Shown piece by piece: positions 28,997 to 36,904 of a stretch of 63,150 bases of DNA. This DNA is from a virus (Duplodnaviria; Caudoviricetes). The DNA lies in the IMG/VR virus record IMGVR_UViG_3300045974_000110, positions 1-63,150 of that record; one strand, given 5' to 3'. The notes beneath the pieces were generated by a model. The model was given only the letters and a program-made list of their open reading frames with translations, was not told the DNA's origin and did no database searches. Both the position numbers and the translations under genes were made by a program. Position 1 is the stretch's first letter. Each line of letters begins with the position of its first letter.

Positions 28997-29277
28997 CAGT
29001 CCTCCTGGTAACAGGAGCACTCGCGGTTGCGGTGCTCGCTGGCGCGGTTGCCGGAGACCGGAATCTTGAAGGTCTTCATGACCACGTCTCGGATGACCGA
29101 CATCGGGATCGTCGAGTCAGCGAGCGATTCGTCCAGGTCTTTCATGCTTGCGGGGTCGAGCTGAAGAAGGGCCACCTGATACCAACAGGTTGGCCCGATC
29201 TTGGACTTGAGCGCTGCCTTGAAGGCTGACATGCCTTCGGCAGAGGAGGGAAGCTTTGGCGTCTTTGATGACGTCAT
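28996..29277 (-). CDS. Small hypothetical protein
   Basis: Ends HRNRECSC; coupled to the phosphoesterase. Confidence 0.6.
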   Translation of the reverse strand: MTSSKTPKLPSSAEGMSAFKAALKSKIGPTCWYQVALLQLDPASMKDLDESLADSTIPMSVIRDVVMKTFKIPVSGNRASEHRNRECSCYQED

Positions 29278-29318
29278 GCTGTGGTGCCCTTCTCGAAGAG
29301 TGGGACTTGCCACGGCAC

Positions 29319-29347
29319 AGAGTAGGGAAAGGTAAAGCCTAGGTCAA
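29319..29347 (-). promoter_or_regulatory. Putative SigA-type promoter
   Basis: TTGACC-N17-TACTCT on - strand. Confidence 0.55.
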
Positions 29348-29364
29348 GCATCGACCCCGCGCGT

Positions 29365-29592
29365 TCACCTGGAGTTCATGATCCTTTTGATCTTGTCGCA
29401 GTCCGATTGGAGGATGCGAGTCAAGACCTGAAGCTTCCATTCGTGACGGGACTGCTTCGGTGAATCCTCTGGCCAAGCCAGGACGTGTTGAGTATGTCCG
29501 ACTGTGATTCTGATTGTGCAGATGACAATGACAGTCGCTGTATACAATGCAGCGAACACACCCAGGACTTCTAGAGGGCTCATACCAGTCAT
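29365..29592 (-). CDS. Possible small membrane protein
   Basis: Hydrophobic N-terminus; atypical codon use; lies between two promoters. Confidence 0.35.
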   Translation of the reverse strand: MTGMSPLEVLGVFAALYTATVIVICTIRITVGHTQHVLAWPEDSPKQSRHEWKLQVLTRILQSDCDKIKRIMNSR

Positions 29593-29627
29593 CTCGGTAG
29601 AGGGCTCTTCGTCACACTTTCCTGACT

Positions 29628-29656
29628 AGGCTACACCTAGACTTGAGGTGTGTCAA
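29628..29656 (-). promoter_or_regulatory. Putative SigA-type promoter
   Basis: TTGACA-N17-TAGCCT on - strand. Confidence 0.6.
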
Positions 29657-29659
29657 GCG

Positions 29660-30814
29660 TCACAATCCGAAGCCGCTCTTGGGCTTCACGCTGATACTCG
29701 GCGATCCGCCTTCCTTGTAGACGAGGGCCTTGAGGAAGGGGATCTTCTCCGCCGGGACGTTGGGGTCTTTGAGCAGCTTGTCGAACTGCCCGATAGTGAT
29801 GTTGCGCCCGCCGTACCGGGTGAAAAGATCTTCCCCGATGACTTGGGCTACCCGATCCGCGTCAACCTGCCTGTTGCCAGACTTCGTCGTCCACCGGGCC
29901 TCGTGGTTGACACCCGGCAGCTCGAACGCATCCTGCTCGCGTGCAGCCGTCTCGAGGTTGCGTGCGAGATCCTTCTTCAGGCTGTTGAGTGCCTTGATCC
30001 GGAAATCCACGCTGGCGTAGGCGTCGATCTGCTCTTCGAGGGACAGGGACATGATGCCACCTACAGAGACGTTCGATGCGAGCGTCGCACACGTCGCCTT
30101 CCGGATGCAGAAGGTACACTCGCCGTTGAGTGTCTCGGGAACGTCCTCGTCATCGGTGGCGATGATGCGCTCGGCCTCGCGCTTGATCCAGCGCCACGTC
30201 TCCGCACAGTCATCGGTAGAGAATGTGGTGCCGACCGGCTGGTGGCGAAGGAAGTCGAAGGTGACCCAGATCTTCGTGGCGTCGGGGTACATGATCTTGA
30301 CCATCAGCGCATACACACGCGCCTGGACTGCGTCGTGCAGCTCTTCCGCGGTCAGCGCCCAGCGGTTGGACTTGTAGTCCACGACTCGGTAGACGCCCGG
30401 CTCGACGAGGTCAAGCCTGTCCATGATGTAGTTGAAGGGGATCTCGCCGATCGAAGTCGGGATCGGAAAAGACTGCTTGATCTCGACCGAGATGACGTTC
30501 GGCGGCTCAGTCCTGGCGTACCAGTTCTTGAGCATCTCCCAGCCGTCGTCGTAGAGGGGTCCGGAGAAGTCGCTCGTCTTGAAGGTGTCCCCGAATCCCA
30601 TGCGGTACTGGATCTCGAGGAAGTCCAGCCCTTGCCAGACCTTCTCCTTCATGTACTCCGTGACGAACGCTTCGAGTGCGGCATGGCAGCTCGTACCGAG
30701 CAAGGCCGCCTCATTGTCAACCCTTGCGCCCCGGTCTACGTTCTCAGCCTTGTATCGCGCAAGACACCCTGCTGCGACCTTGAGCGAGCTGGCCGAGAAT
30801 GAACGAGGCTGCAT
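29660..30814 (-). CDS. RecB/Cas4-like PD-(D/E)XK exonuclease
   Basis: SASSL..C, GTSCH, DRLD..VVDYKS, Q..VY, C..C.....C. Confidence 0.9.
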   Translation of the reverse strand: MQPRSFSASSLKVAAGCLARYKAENVDRGARVDNEAALLGTSCHAALEAFVTEYMKEKVWQGLDFLEIQYRMGFGDTFKTSDFSGPLYDDGWEMLKNWYARTEPPNVISVEIKQSFPIPTSIGEIPFNYIMDRLDLVEPGVYRVVDYKSNRWALTAEELHDAVQARVYALMVKIMYPDATKIWVTFDFLRHQPVGTTFSTDDCAETWRWIKREAERIIATDDEDVPETLNGECTFCIRKATCATLASNVSVGGIMSLSLEEQIDAYASVDFRIKALNSLKKDLARNLETAAREQDAFELPGVNHEARWTTKSGNRQVDADRVAQVIGEDLFTRYGGRNITIGQFDKLLKDPNVPAEKIPFLKALVYKEGGSPSISVKPKSGFGL

Positions 30815-30817
30815 GTG

Positions 30818-31021
30818 TTACTCCCTCTTACTGAATTCGCCAGCCCACATGCCGTAGGCTGACATGGTCCGTTCCTTGTAGTCCTTGCAGGCCTTACGCA
30901 CAGGACACCCGAAGCAAATGATCTGCGCTTCGAGTGCGATGTGTGTCTGACCCTTGGGTGGAAACCAGAGCTCAGGGTCATGCCCCTTGCAGGCAGCGTC
31001 GTTCATCCAGTCCGTACTCAC
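30818..31021 (-). CDS. whiB: WhiB-family transcription factor
   Basis: AAC..DPELWFP..IC.GCPVR..C..GMWAG. Confidence 0.92.
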   Translation of the reverse strand: MSTDWMNDAACKGHDPELWFPPKGQTHIALEAQIICFGCPVRKACKDYKERTMSAYGMWAGEFSKRE

Positions 31022-31041
31022 GTCGGACTGGAAGAATCCGG

Positions 31042-31254
31042 CTAGGAGCTCTCTTCTTTTGGGGCCAGATCGCCGTCGTCAGGGTCCGTGATCTTCTCGG
31101 ACTCCGCGTACGGGTCTGTGTCGTCCAGGTCAGCCGGTACGGGACGGAAGTCCCCTGGGCCACCTGGGATGAGGAATCCGAATGGCGAGATCTCCTGGAC
31201 CCCGTCGAACTCATCGGACTCGAATGTGGGGACGTCCCCCGGTCCTACAGTCAC
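31042..31254 (-). CDS. Acidic hypothetical protein
   Basis: GGGAG RBS before GTG start. Confidence 0.5.
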   Translation of the reverse strand: MTVGPGDVPTFESDEFDGVQEISPFGFLIPGGPGDFRPVPADLDDTDPYAESEKITDPDDGDLAPKEESS

Positions 31255-31303
31255 TTCGACTCTCCCGATAGTGAGGGTGGGTAGTGCGTACAGGGGGATG
31301 CTA

Positions 31304-31339
31304 GCGGGTCGGGGCCGATTGTGGTAGTCCCCGACCCGC
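31304..31339 (-). terminator. Intergenic stem-loop
   Basis: GCGGGTCGGGG...CCCCGACCCGC. Confidence 0.6.
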
Positions 31340-31350
31340 CATCGGCGTGT

Positions 31351-32076
31351 CTAGTCGAGACCTAGACCTTCCCCTTGTCCGGATTCGAGCTTCTGCTTGG
31401 CGAGTCGCCAGTTGGTCTCGTCGTACTCGATTCCGATAGCACTTCGACCGCAACGCTGAGCAGCCCTGACAAGGCTTCCACTCCCAGCGAAAGGATCGAC
31501 AACCCAATCACCAGGGTCCGTCGAGTGCTTGATGAGAAGCTCCAGGAGGGGTAGTGGCTTCTCGTGAGGATGGATGAGCTCCGTCGGTCGAAGCTGCGGG
31601 GAGTGGAGGACGTTGTTGCGCCTCTGGTCTGAGCGTTCACGGTTCCCTCGCTTGTAGTAGAGAATGAACTCGCAGCCCATTCCCCACGAGTTGAGGTCGC
31701 CCATGCCGGGGCCATCCTTCTCCCAGACGAGCACCGCCTTGCGACGGTAGCCCTGAGCGCCGAACAGCTCGCGGGTGAACGTGAGCCACTCCTCGAGAAC
31801 CTGATGGGCAGTCACGACGTAGATGTCGCTGTTGTCCTTCATGGCTGGGGCAAGGCTCGCCCACATGTCACGAAAGACCTTCATGGCCTGCTCGGGGGAC
31901 TCGTCGTTGGCGATCTTGCGCGCGTACTCCTTGCCCTCCTGGGTCTTTGCCATGTTCGACTGGTTGTCGACTCCGAAGGGAGGATCGGTGATGAGGGACT
32001 GGATCGTGCCGGGCTTGAACTTCTTGCAGAGCTCGGCGTTGTCCCCGTGCCAGACGTCGTGATGAAGCTTTGCCAC
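31351..32076 (-). CDS. N6A/N4C DNA methyltransferase (beta class)
   Basis: TDPPF, HPHEKP, VDPFAGSGS, GIE. Confidence 0.93.
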   Translation of the reverse strand: MAKLHHDVWHGDNAELCKKFKPGTIQSLITDPPFGVDNQSNMAKTQEGKEYARKIANDESPEQAMKVFRDMWASLAPAMKDNSDIYVVTAHQVLEEWLTFTRELFGAQGYRRKAVLVWEKDGPGMGDLNSWGMGCEFILYYKRGNRERSDQRRNNVLHSPQLRPTELIHPHEKPLPLLELLIKHSTDPGDWVVDPFAGSGSLVRAAQRCGRSAIGIEYDETNWRLAKQKLESGQGEGLGLD

Positions 32077-32083
32077 GGTTCTC

Positions 32084-32614
32084 CTAGAACGGGTTGGTGA
32101 AGTCGGGTGTCTCGACTTCTTCGATGGTCAGTTGCGGGGTTCCGTCGAGACGCTCCCAGACGAAGTTTGGGACCGAGTGGATGATGTCTGGAACCACCAG
32201 GGAGGGTCCGACTCCGATGATGATGCAGGGCACCACATCGGGGCCTTGGTCGATGATGCCAGCGTGGATCTCGTTGTTGTCTCGGTCGTTGACGAACAGG
32301 AGACCTTGGAGAGCATCCTCGGTCGCCTTGACCATGTTGGTGAGATCCGCCTCGTGCTTCCGGTGGGTGCGAGACTGCGCCGTCTTGTACTCAGCACGGT
32401 TGCGCCAGAACAGGAGAATCAGCTTCACCTTGCCCTCGATGACGGGGTGCGGACCCGTCCCGATCTCCTCGCGTACAGCTTCCTTGTACGCATCGAGTTG
32501 AGCGTTCCGACCGACGTACGCACTCATGCGACCCTCGGAGCGCTTGTAGCCGACTGGTCCGATGGCCCACGGCTCAGGGTTGAGCGCGAGGGTGTACCAA
32601 GTCATGTCATCCAC
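32084..32614 (-). CDS. rusA: RusA-like Holliday junction resolvase
   Basis: DLTNMVKATEDALQGLLFVNDR. Confidence 0.8.
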   Translation of the reverse strand: MDDMTWYTLALNPEPWAIGPVGYKRSEGRMSAYVGRNAQLDAYKEAVREEIGTGPHPVIEGKVKLILLFWRNRAEYKTAQSRTHRKHEADLTNMVKATEDALQGLLFVNDRDNNEIHAGIIDQGPDVVPCIIIGVGPSLVVPDIIHSVPNFVWERLDGTPQLTIEEVETPDFTNPF

Positions 32615-32801
32615 GGAGCCAGCTCCATGCCGACGAGGCGATGTCCCAGATACCGACCATCAGCGCGATAGTCAGGAAGCAGAACACGAGGAAGCCGAAG
32701 ATCCCCCACGCTACGTCGGCGTTCGAGAACACCGGGATCTTGAGATCAGACAGCGGGTAGTCGTCATCTTCAAGGTCGAAGACCCTATCTTGAGAATCCA
32801 C
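32607..32801 (-). CDS. Small membrane protein
   Basis: One TM helix. Confidence 0.6.
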   Translation of the reverse strand: MDSQDRVFDLEDDDYPLSDLKIPVFSNADVAWGIFGFLVFCFLTIALMVGIWDIASSAWSWLRG

Positions 32802-33369
32802 AGCTCCTCCTCTGGAGTGTCCAGTTCCACATGCCCTTGCCGTTCTTCCACAGGGTCCAGAAGGCCTTGTCCTGCCAGTACTTGGGCCACGTCTGGATCT
32901 GCTTGTGCGCGAGCTTGATGTTGCCGATGGCCTTAGCCATCCTCTTCTGCCAGTATGGCGTCATCTGGTACGCGCCAGCCGCACCTTCCTTGTTGCGGAC
33001 TGTGTAGTCACCGTTCGACTCACGCCAGACGATACACCTACGGATGAGCTCCCAGCGAGGGTAGTAACCCGGCCCGGTGTAGAGGCTGGGCTTGATTCTC
33101 AGCTCGTACTTACTGTCGATCCAGATCCTCTTCGCGGCGTGCGTGAGGCTGTCTGTGACCGGCAGGGTGCTAGGAATCGTCGCGCTGGGGGTGGTCCGCT
33201 GCGTCGGACCAGCGGGGGTAACAGAGGGCGTAGGAACCGCTACGGCGGTCGCTACGGGGCCAACGGTGGGCCGCTGGGACACCGGGGCCACCGTGGAAAC
33301 CGACTCGGCAGCGGGGCTGCACGCGGCTACGGCGACAACCGCCATCGCTAGCGAGAGAAGGCGCCTCAT
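32785..33369 (-). CDS. Lipoprotein with Rpf/transglycosylase-like lysozyme domain
   Basis: MRRLLSLAMAVVAVAAC lipobox, PT linker, CIVWRESNGDY..N..GAAGAYQM..W..QD. Confidence 0.75.
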   Translation of the reverse strand: MRRLLSLAMAVVAVAACSPAAESVSTVAPVSQRPTVGPVATAVAVPTPSVTPAGPTQRTTPSATIPSTLPVTDSLTHAAKRIWIDSKYELRIKPSLYTGPGYYPRWELIRRCIVWRESNGDYTVRNKEGAAGAYQMTPYWQKRMAKAIGNIKLAHKQIQTWPKYWQDKAFWTLWKNGKGMWNWTLQRRSCGFSR

Positions 33370-34355
33370 TCGGCAGCTCCCCTCTTCGACACCCTGTCGT
33401 CGAAGAGCTTGAAGGCCTCGTTGGAGTCCTGGTTCAGCATGAAGTGAACGACTGCAAAGCAGTGCCACGCCGCGCACGTCAGGTGGTAGACAGGCTGGCC
33501 GGCGAGCTCGGTCATCTCGGCATCGAGGTCTTCACCGCGCATGTGCAGGTTGATGTGGCGACGAGCAGCCGCGATCGACTTGCTCCACTCGTAGCCACGC
33601 ATCCAGTTGTTGTCGTCGTACTTCTTGGCACCCGCCCCGTAGAGGACTGCGAGGTTGTGCTCTGCGTCAGCCGGGATCAGGTCGAAGCGTCCGATCTTCA
33701 CACCCTTCTCACCACCCGTGGACGACACACTGCGAACCTCGCCCGTGCCACCGACGATCTCGAAGAGCGGGTAAACCAGTTCTTCCTGCCCGATGAGCGT
33801 CAGGATGCGTGCGTACTCACGGATGCCGTCTACCCGACGACGCGCGTCGGGCAGATCGGTCTGGTTCCACGGGCGATCCACCAGGAACGTATCCACACCA
33901 GCCGCCACCAGTGCGTCGTAGTTGGAGAGCTTGTCCTCGATGAAGTAGTCCGTGGGGACGACGGTCTTGTCGCCGCTGAAGTGGAGCTCGTCGTAGTTGA
34001 GCTCATGGAAGTCAAGCCACTCGACCGTGAGTTGCTGACTGACTTCTGGTGTCGTCCCGAATGCTCGATCCGTGATGATGATGATCTCGTGACCGAGACC
34101 GATGATGATGTCGAAGGCCTCCTTGACGCCGGGGCGAACCGGGCCAGAGAACACGAAGCCAGCGTCGGCTCCGTCATGGCACATCTGGAGGAAGTCCTCC
34201 AGGGACAGGCCCCAGCCCTCGTAGAAGGCCCACTCCTTTGGCTCGCCGTGGGCGTGGAAACCCTCGGGGAACTCGTAGCCCTTGTGCAGCGCGTACCGGA
34301 GCAGGGATGCTGCGAAGTCGAAGCACACCCCGTCCAGGTCGATTCCTACTCGCAT
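33366..34355 (-). CDS. HAD 5'(3')-deoxyribonucleotidase fused to DUF5664 dATP/dGTP diphosphohydrolase-like domain
   Basis: IDLDGV, FIEDK, RPWN; C-term RFDLIP..GAKKYDDNNWMRG..RRH..GED.D.E..HL. Confidence 0.85.
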   Translation of the reverse strand: MRVGIDLDGVCFDFAASLLRYALHKGYEFPEGFHAHGEPKEWAFYEGWGLSLEDFLQMCHDGADAGFVFSGPVRPGVKEAFDIIIGLGHEIIIITDRAFGTTPEVSQQLTVEWLDFHELNYDELHFSGDKTVVPTDYFIEDKLSNYDALVAAGVDTFLVDRPWNQTDLPDARRRVDGIREYARILTLIGQEELVYPLFEIVGGTGEVRSVSSTGGEKGVKIGRFDLIPADAEHNLAVLYGAGAKKYDDNNWMRGYEWSKSIAAARRHINLHMRGEDLDAEMTELAGQPVYHLTCAAWHCFAVVHFMLNQDSNEAFKLFDDRVSKRGAAE

Positions 34356-35440
34356 CAGTCTTTCCTCACTGCGATCCAGGCTTCGTAGCCCGATCCGCCG
34401 TCGATGTGTACGACCTTCATCAGGTGCTCAGGGTCGTAGTCAATACGGACCTGATCGGACGGCACCTTGTCTACCGCCTCGATGAGGTTGTTGGGGGCGA
34501 ACTTGATGGTAACTCGTTCGTGCGTGGCCTGCCCAGGAACCTCGATGGCATCCATGAGGGCGGCCTCGGCGTCACTCATCATCACCACGACTTCTTCCCT
34601 GCCGATGATGAAGCTGAGCGCCGCCATGCGGTCGGACTGTACCACACCACGGACTCGGTTGGCAATCTCAAGCAGTTGTGCCTTCTTGAGGGTTATGGCC
34701 AGCGGGTACTCGGTGTCGAGCAGCTTGCTGAGCGACGGGTACTGACCGTCGAACAGCACGGTCGTGATCTGGGTGTGCTCGTCAGGCATGAGCATCATGT
34801 TCGTGCCCTCGGCGAACATCTGAACCTCACCCGTCTGTCGGATAAGTCCGCTCAGAAGGTTCGAAGGAACGATGATCGGCGACTCGAGGTGAGGTACCGA
34901 CAGGGGGACACGCGCCAACCTGTACTTGTCACAGGCGAGCGCGTGCGTTCCGTCGAGCAGCACGCCAGCCCAGGGCGGCTGGTTGTCCTTGGCGGCAGCC
35001 CACTCGACCATCTCGAGCCGACCGCCAACGTCGGACGTGCCGACAAGAGCCTCGGTGTCGAACGGCTGCCACGTCGGGAAGTAGTCGATGTCGAGCAGGG
35101 GGATCTTGGCCTTGATGCGTCCCGAGATCAGCATGATCTTGCCATCCTGGTTCTCGAGCGTGCAGGTCTTGCCAGATCCGATCGGAAGGCTGCCCACGAT
35201 CTGAGCGAACAGCTTGCTCGGGAGACGCCACTGGATCGGGTCGCCCTCGAAGAAGTCTGCCGTGATCCATTCCGTGTAGTAGATCGTGAGATCAGTCGCC
35301 CGAACACAGACGCTGTCCTCGCTGGCCTCGATGACGATGCCAGCAGCCTTGTCGAAGGACGATCCACGAGAAGGCGCAACACGGTCAGCCTTCTTGATAC
35401 ATTCGGCCAGCGCAGCGTTCTCGAAGGTGATCTTGCTCAT
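34355..35440 (-). CDS. dnaN: DNA polymerase III beta sliding clamp
   Basis: 361 aa; RATDL, DYFP, ACDKYRLA, DGQYP. Confidence 0.88.
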   Translation of the reverse strand: MSKITFENAALAECIKKADRVAPSRGSSFDKAAGIVIEASEDSVCVRATDLTIYYTEWITADFFEGDPIQWRLPSKLFAQIVGSLPIGSGKTCTLENQDGKIMLISGRIKAKIPLLDIDYFPTWQPFDTEALVGTSDVGGRLEMVEWAAAKDNQPPWAGVLLDGTHALACDKYRLARVPLSVPHLESPIIVPSNLLSGLIRQTGEVQMFAEGTNMMLMPDEHTQITTVLFDGQYPSLSKLLDTEYPLAITLKKAQLLEIANRVRGVVQSDRMAALSFIIGREEVVVMMSDAEAALMDAIEVPGQATHERVTIKFAPNNLIEAVDKVPSDQVRIDYDPEHLMKVVHIDGGSGYEAWIAVRKD

Positions 35441-35634
35441 GGCTTGTCCCCTTCACAGGCGTAGAAGCCAGGATCACCTAGCGAGGGGGGAACGAAGTGC
35501 GGCTGACGACCATAGCTGCACCACGGGTGAGTCTTGATGTGACTCTCATACATCTCGTCGAGAACCTTGTTACGAGGTGGTGGATTCGCAGCAAGGCGCT
35601 TCTTCGCCTTGATGCGACGCTTCGTCTTGCTCAT
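35437..35634 (-). CDS. Hypothetical protein
   Basis: Coupled ORF, basic N-terminus. Confidence 0.5.
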   Translation of the reverse strand: MSKTKRRIKAKKRLAANPPPRNKVLDEMYESHIKTHPWCSYGRQPHFVPPSLGDPGFYACEGDKP

Positions 35635-35855
35635 CCCGCGGCCTGCGCGAAACTCGGGGTCTCCCATACGGGCAACTCCGTGAGCGACTGGAGCACGATG
35701 GCGTAGCGCTGTGCCTCGTACTTCTCGTTGTACCGGGCGATGAACACGAGCTCTTCACCCTCGAGGATCTCGACGTGGAAGAGACCCTCGGCCTCATCGT
35801 ATGTGACTTGCAGCGTGATCGGAAGCACTACTGGTCCCTTCAGCCAGACACCCAT
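35631..35855 (-). CDS. Hypothetical protein
   Basis: Coupled ORF. Confidence 0.55.
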   Translation of the reverse strand: MGVWLKGPVVLPITLQVTYDEAEGLFHVEILEGEELVFIARYNEKYEAQRYAIVLQSLTELPVWETPSFAQAAG

Positions 35856-36004
35856 CAGGTGCCGGCAGGCTTGAAGTCGTCGTCCCGCTTCTTGCGGCAC
35901 AGCTCGCAGCACACGTTGCCGCCCTTGAAGATCTGCATCACGATCGGCTTCTTACAGATGATGCAGATGCCCTTGCGAGCAGCACGCTTGATCTTGGGGG
36001 GCAT
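35855..36004 (-). CDS. 49-aa Cys-rich peptide
   Basis: MPPKIKRAARKGICIICKK..CCELC; coupled on both sides; below the ORF-track cutoff. Confidence 0.55.
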   Translation of the reverse strand: MPPKIKRAARKGICIICKKPIVMQIFKGGNVCCELCRKKRDDDFKPAGT

Positions 36005-36621
36005 CAGATCTCCACCTCGTCGCCGACGAAGAGGAAGTTCTCGAGGTAGAACCTGTACTCGCTGATCGAGTCCTCGAGGTCATCGAGAACGCGGTGGTTC
36101 TTCCGGTTCACCGTGGCCTCCCCGATTCGAGCGTAGAGGCCGGGGTTGAGGATCTTGCAGAGCTCCTTGAGGGTGCTGATGTCGATGACCCTGTAGTGGA
36201 ACAGGTTGTACACCTTGGGGAACCAGTACTCCAGGAAGCCCTGGTCGAAGCCGACGGACGATCCCACCAGCGGGGGCTTACCATCGCCATACTCGACGAT
36301 GAACTCGCGGAGGAAGTCGATCATGTCGAGCTCGGCGGAGTGTAGGTCGATCGCTGTGGTGAGGCCGGTCTTGCCAGCCTGATCGTCCCAAAGTCCAGAC
36401 CCGCGGTGGAGGTCTCGGACGAACTGGTCCTTCGATCCGTTGGGGGCAGACCGAACCTCCTTGACCCGTGGCTGGCACATCTCGTCGTGAATGAGCCACT
36501 TGCCCGAGCCCATCAGGGAACCGCCCTGGTCGGTGACGACGAGGCCGATCTCCATCGGAACGTCGAGACCGCTCTCGTCGAGACCAGTGGTCTCCATGTC
36601 GATCCAGAACATGAGTGTCAT
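36004..36621 (-). CDS. orn: Oligoribonuclease (DEDDh exonuclease)
   Basis: WIDMETTGLD, GSSVGFD..FL, HYRVIDISTLKEL, HRVLDDLEDSI. Confidence 0.9.
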   Translation of the reverse strand: MTLMFWIDMETTGLDESGLDVPMEIGLVVTDQGGSLMGSGKWLIHDEMCQPRVKEVRSAPNGSKDQFVRDLHRGSGLWDDQAGKTGLTTAIDLHSAELDMIDFLREFIVEYGDGKPPLVGSSVGFDQGFLEYWFPKVYNLFHYRVIDISTLKELCKILNPGLYARIGEATVNRKNHRVLDDLEDSISEYRFYLENFLFVGDEVEI

Positions 36622-36800
36622 GAGTCCCTCTTGTACTTCTCGTTGTAGTAGCGGTTAACTTCGTCCTCGGAGACGTAGTAGTCGCGTCCGATCTTCATGG
36701 CGCGAAGTGTTCCCTGGTTGATCCAAGTGTAGATCGTTGGTCGAGATACCTTGAAGAGCTTCATCAGCTCACTTACTGTCAGGGCTTGGATTACCGTCAC
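36618..36800 (-). CDS. Excisionase-like HTH DNA-binding protein
   Basis: LTVSEL..LFKVSRPTIYTWINQG.L.A.KIG. Confidence 0.8.
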   Translation of the reverse strand: MTVIQALTVSELMKLFKVSRPTIYTWINQGTLRAMKIGRDYYVSEDEVNRYYNEKYKRDS

Positions 36801-36904
36801 TCTTCACCACCCTCGTCTCCTCGGCCACGAGGCAGGCACCGAGGCACTTGCAGCACGATCCGCACTGGTACGCGCACATGCCGTAGTAGCAGGCGCCAGC
36901 ACAC

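Noticed and set aside
29660-30814. Cas4-like nuclease as evidence of CRISPR-Cas
   Set aside because: No other cas genes or array; solo PD-(D/E)XK exonucleases are routine in phages.
31351-32076. Restriction-modification system
   Set aside because: No cognate endonuclease recognised; orphan methylases are common in phages.
33366-34355. Z-genome or 7-deazaguanine DNA modification system
   Set aside because: No PurZ, DatZ, FolE/QueCDE or DpdA homologue is visible in the window.
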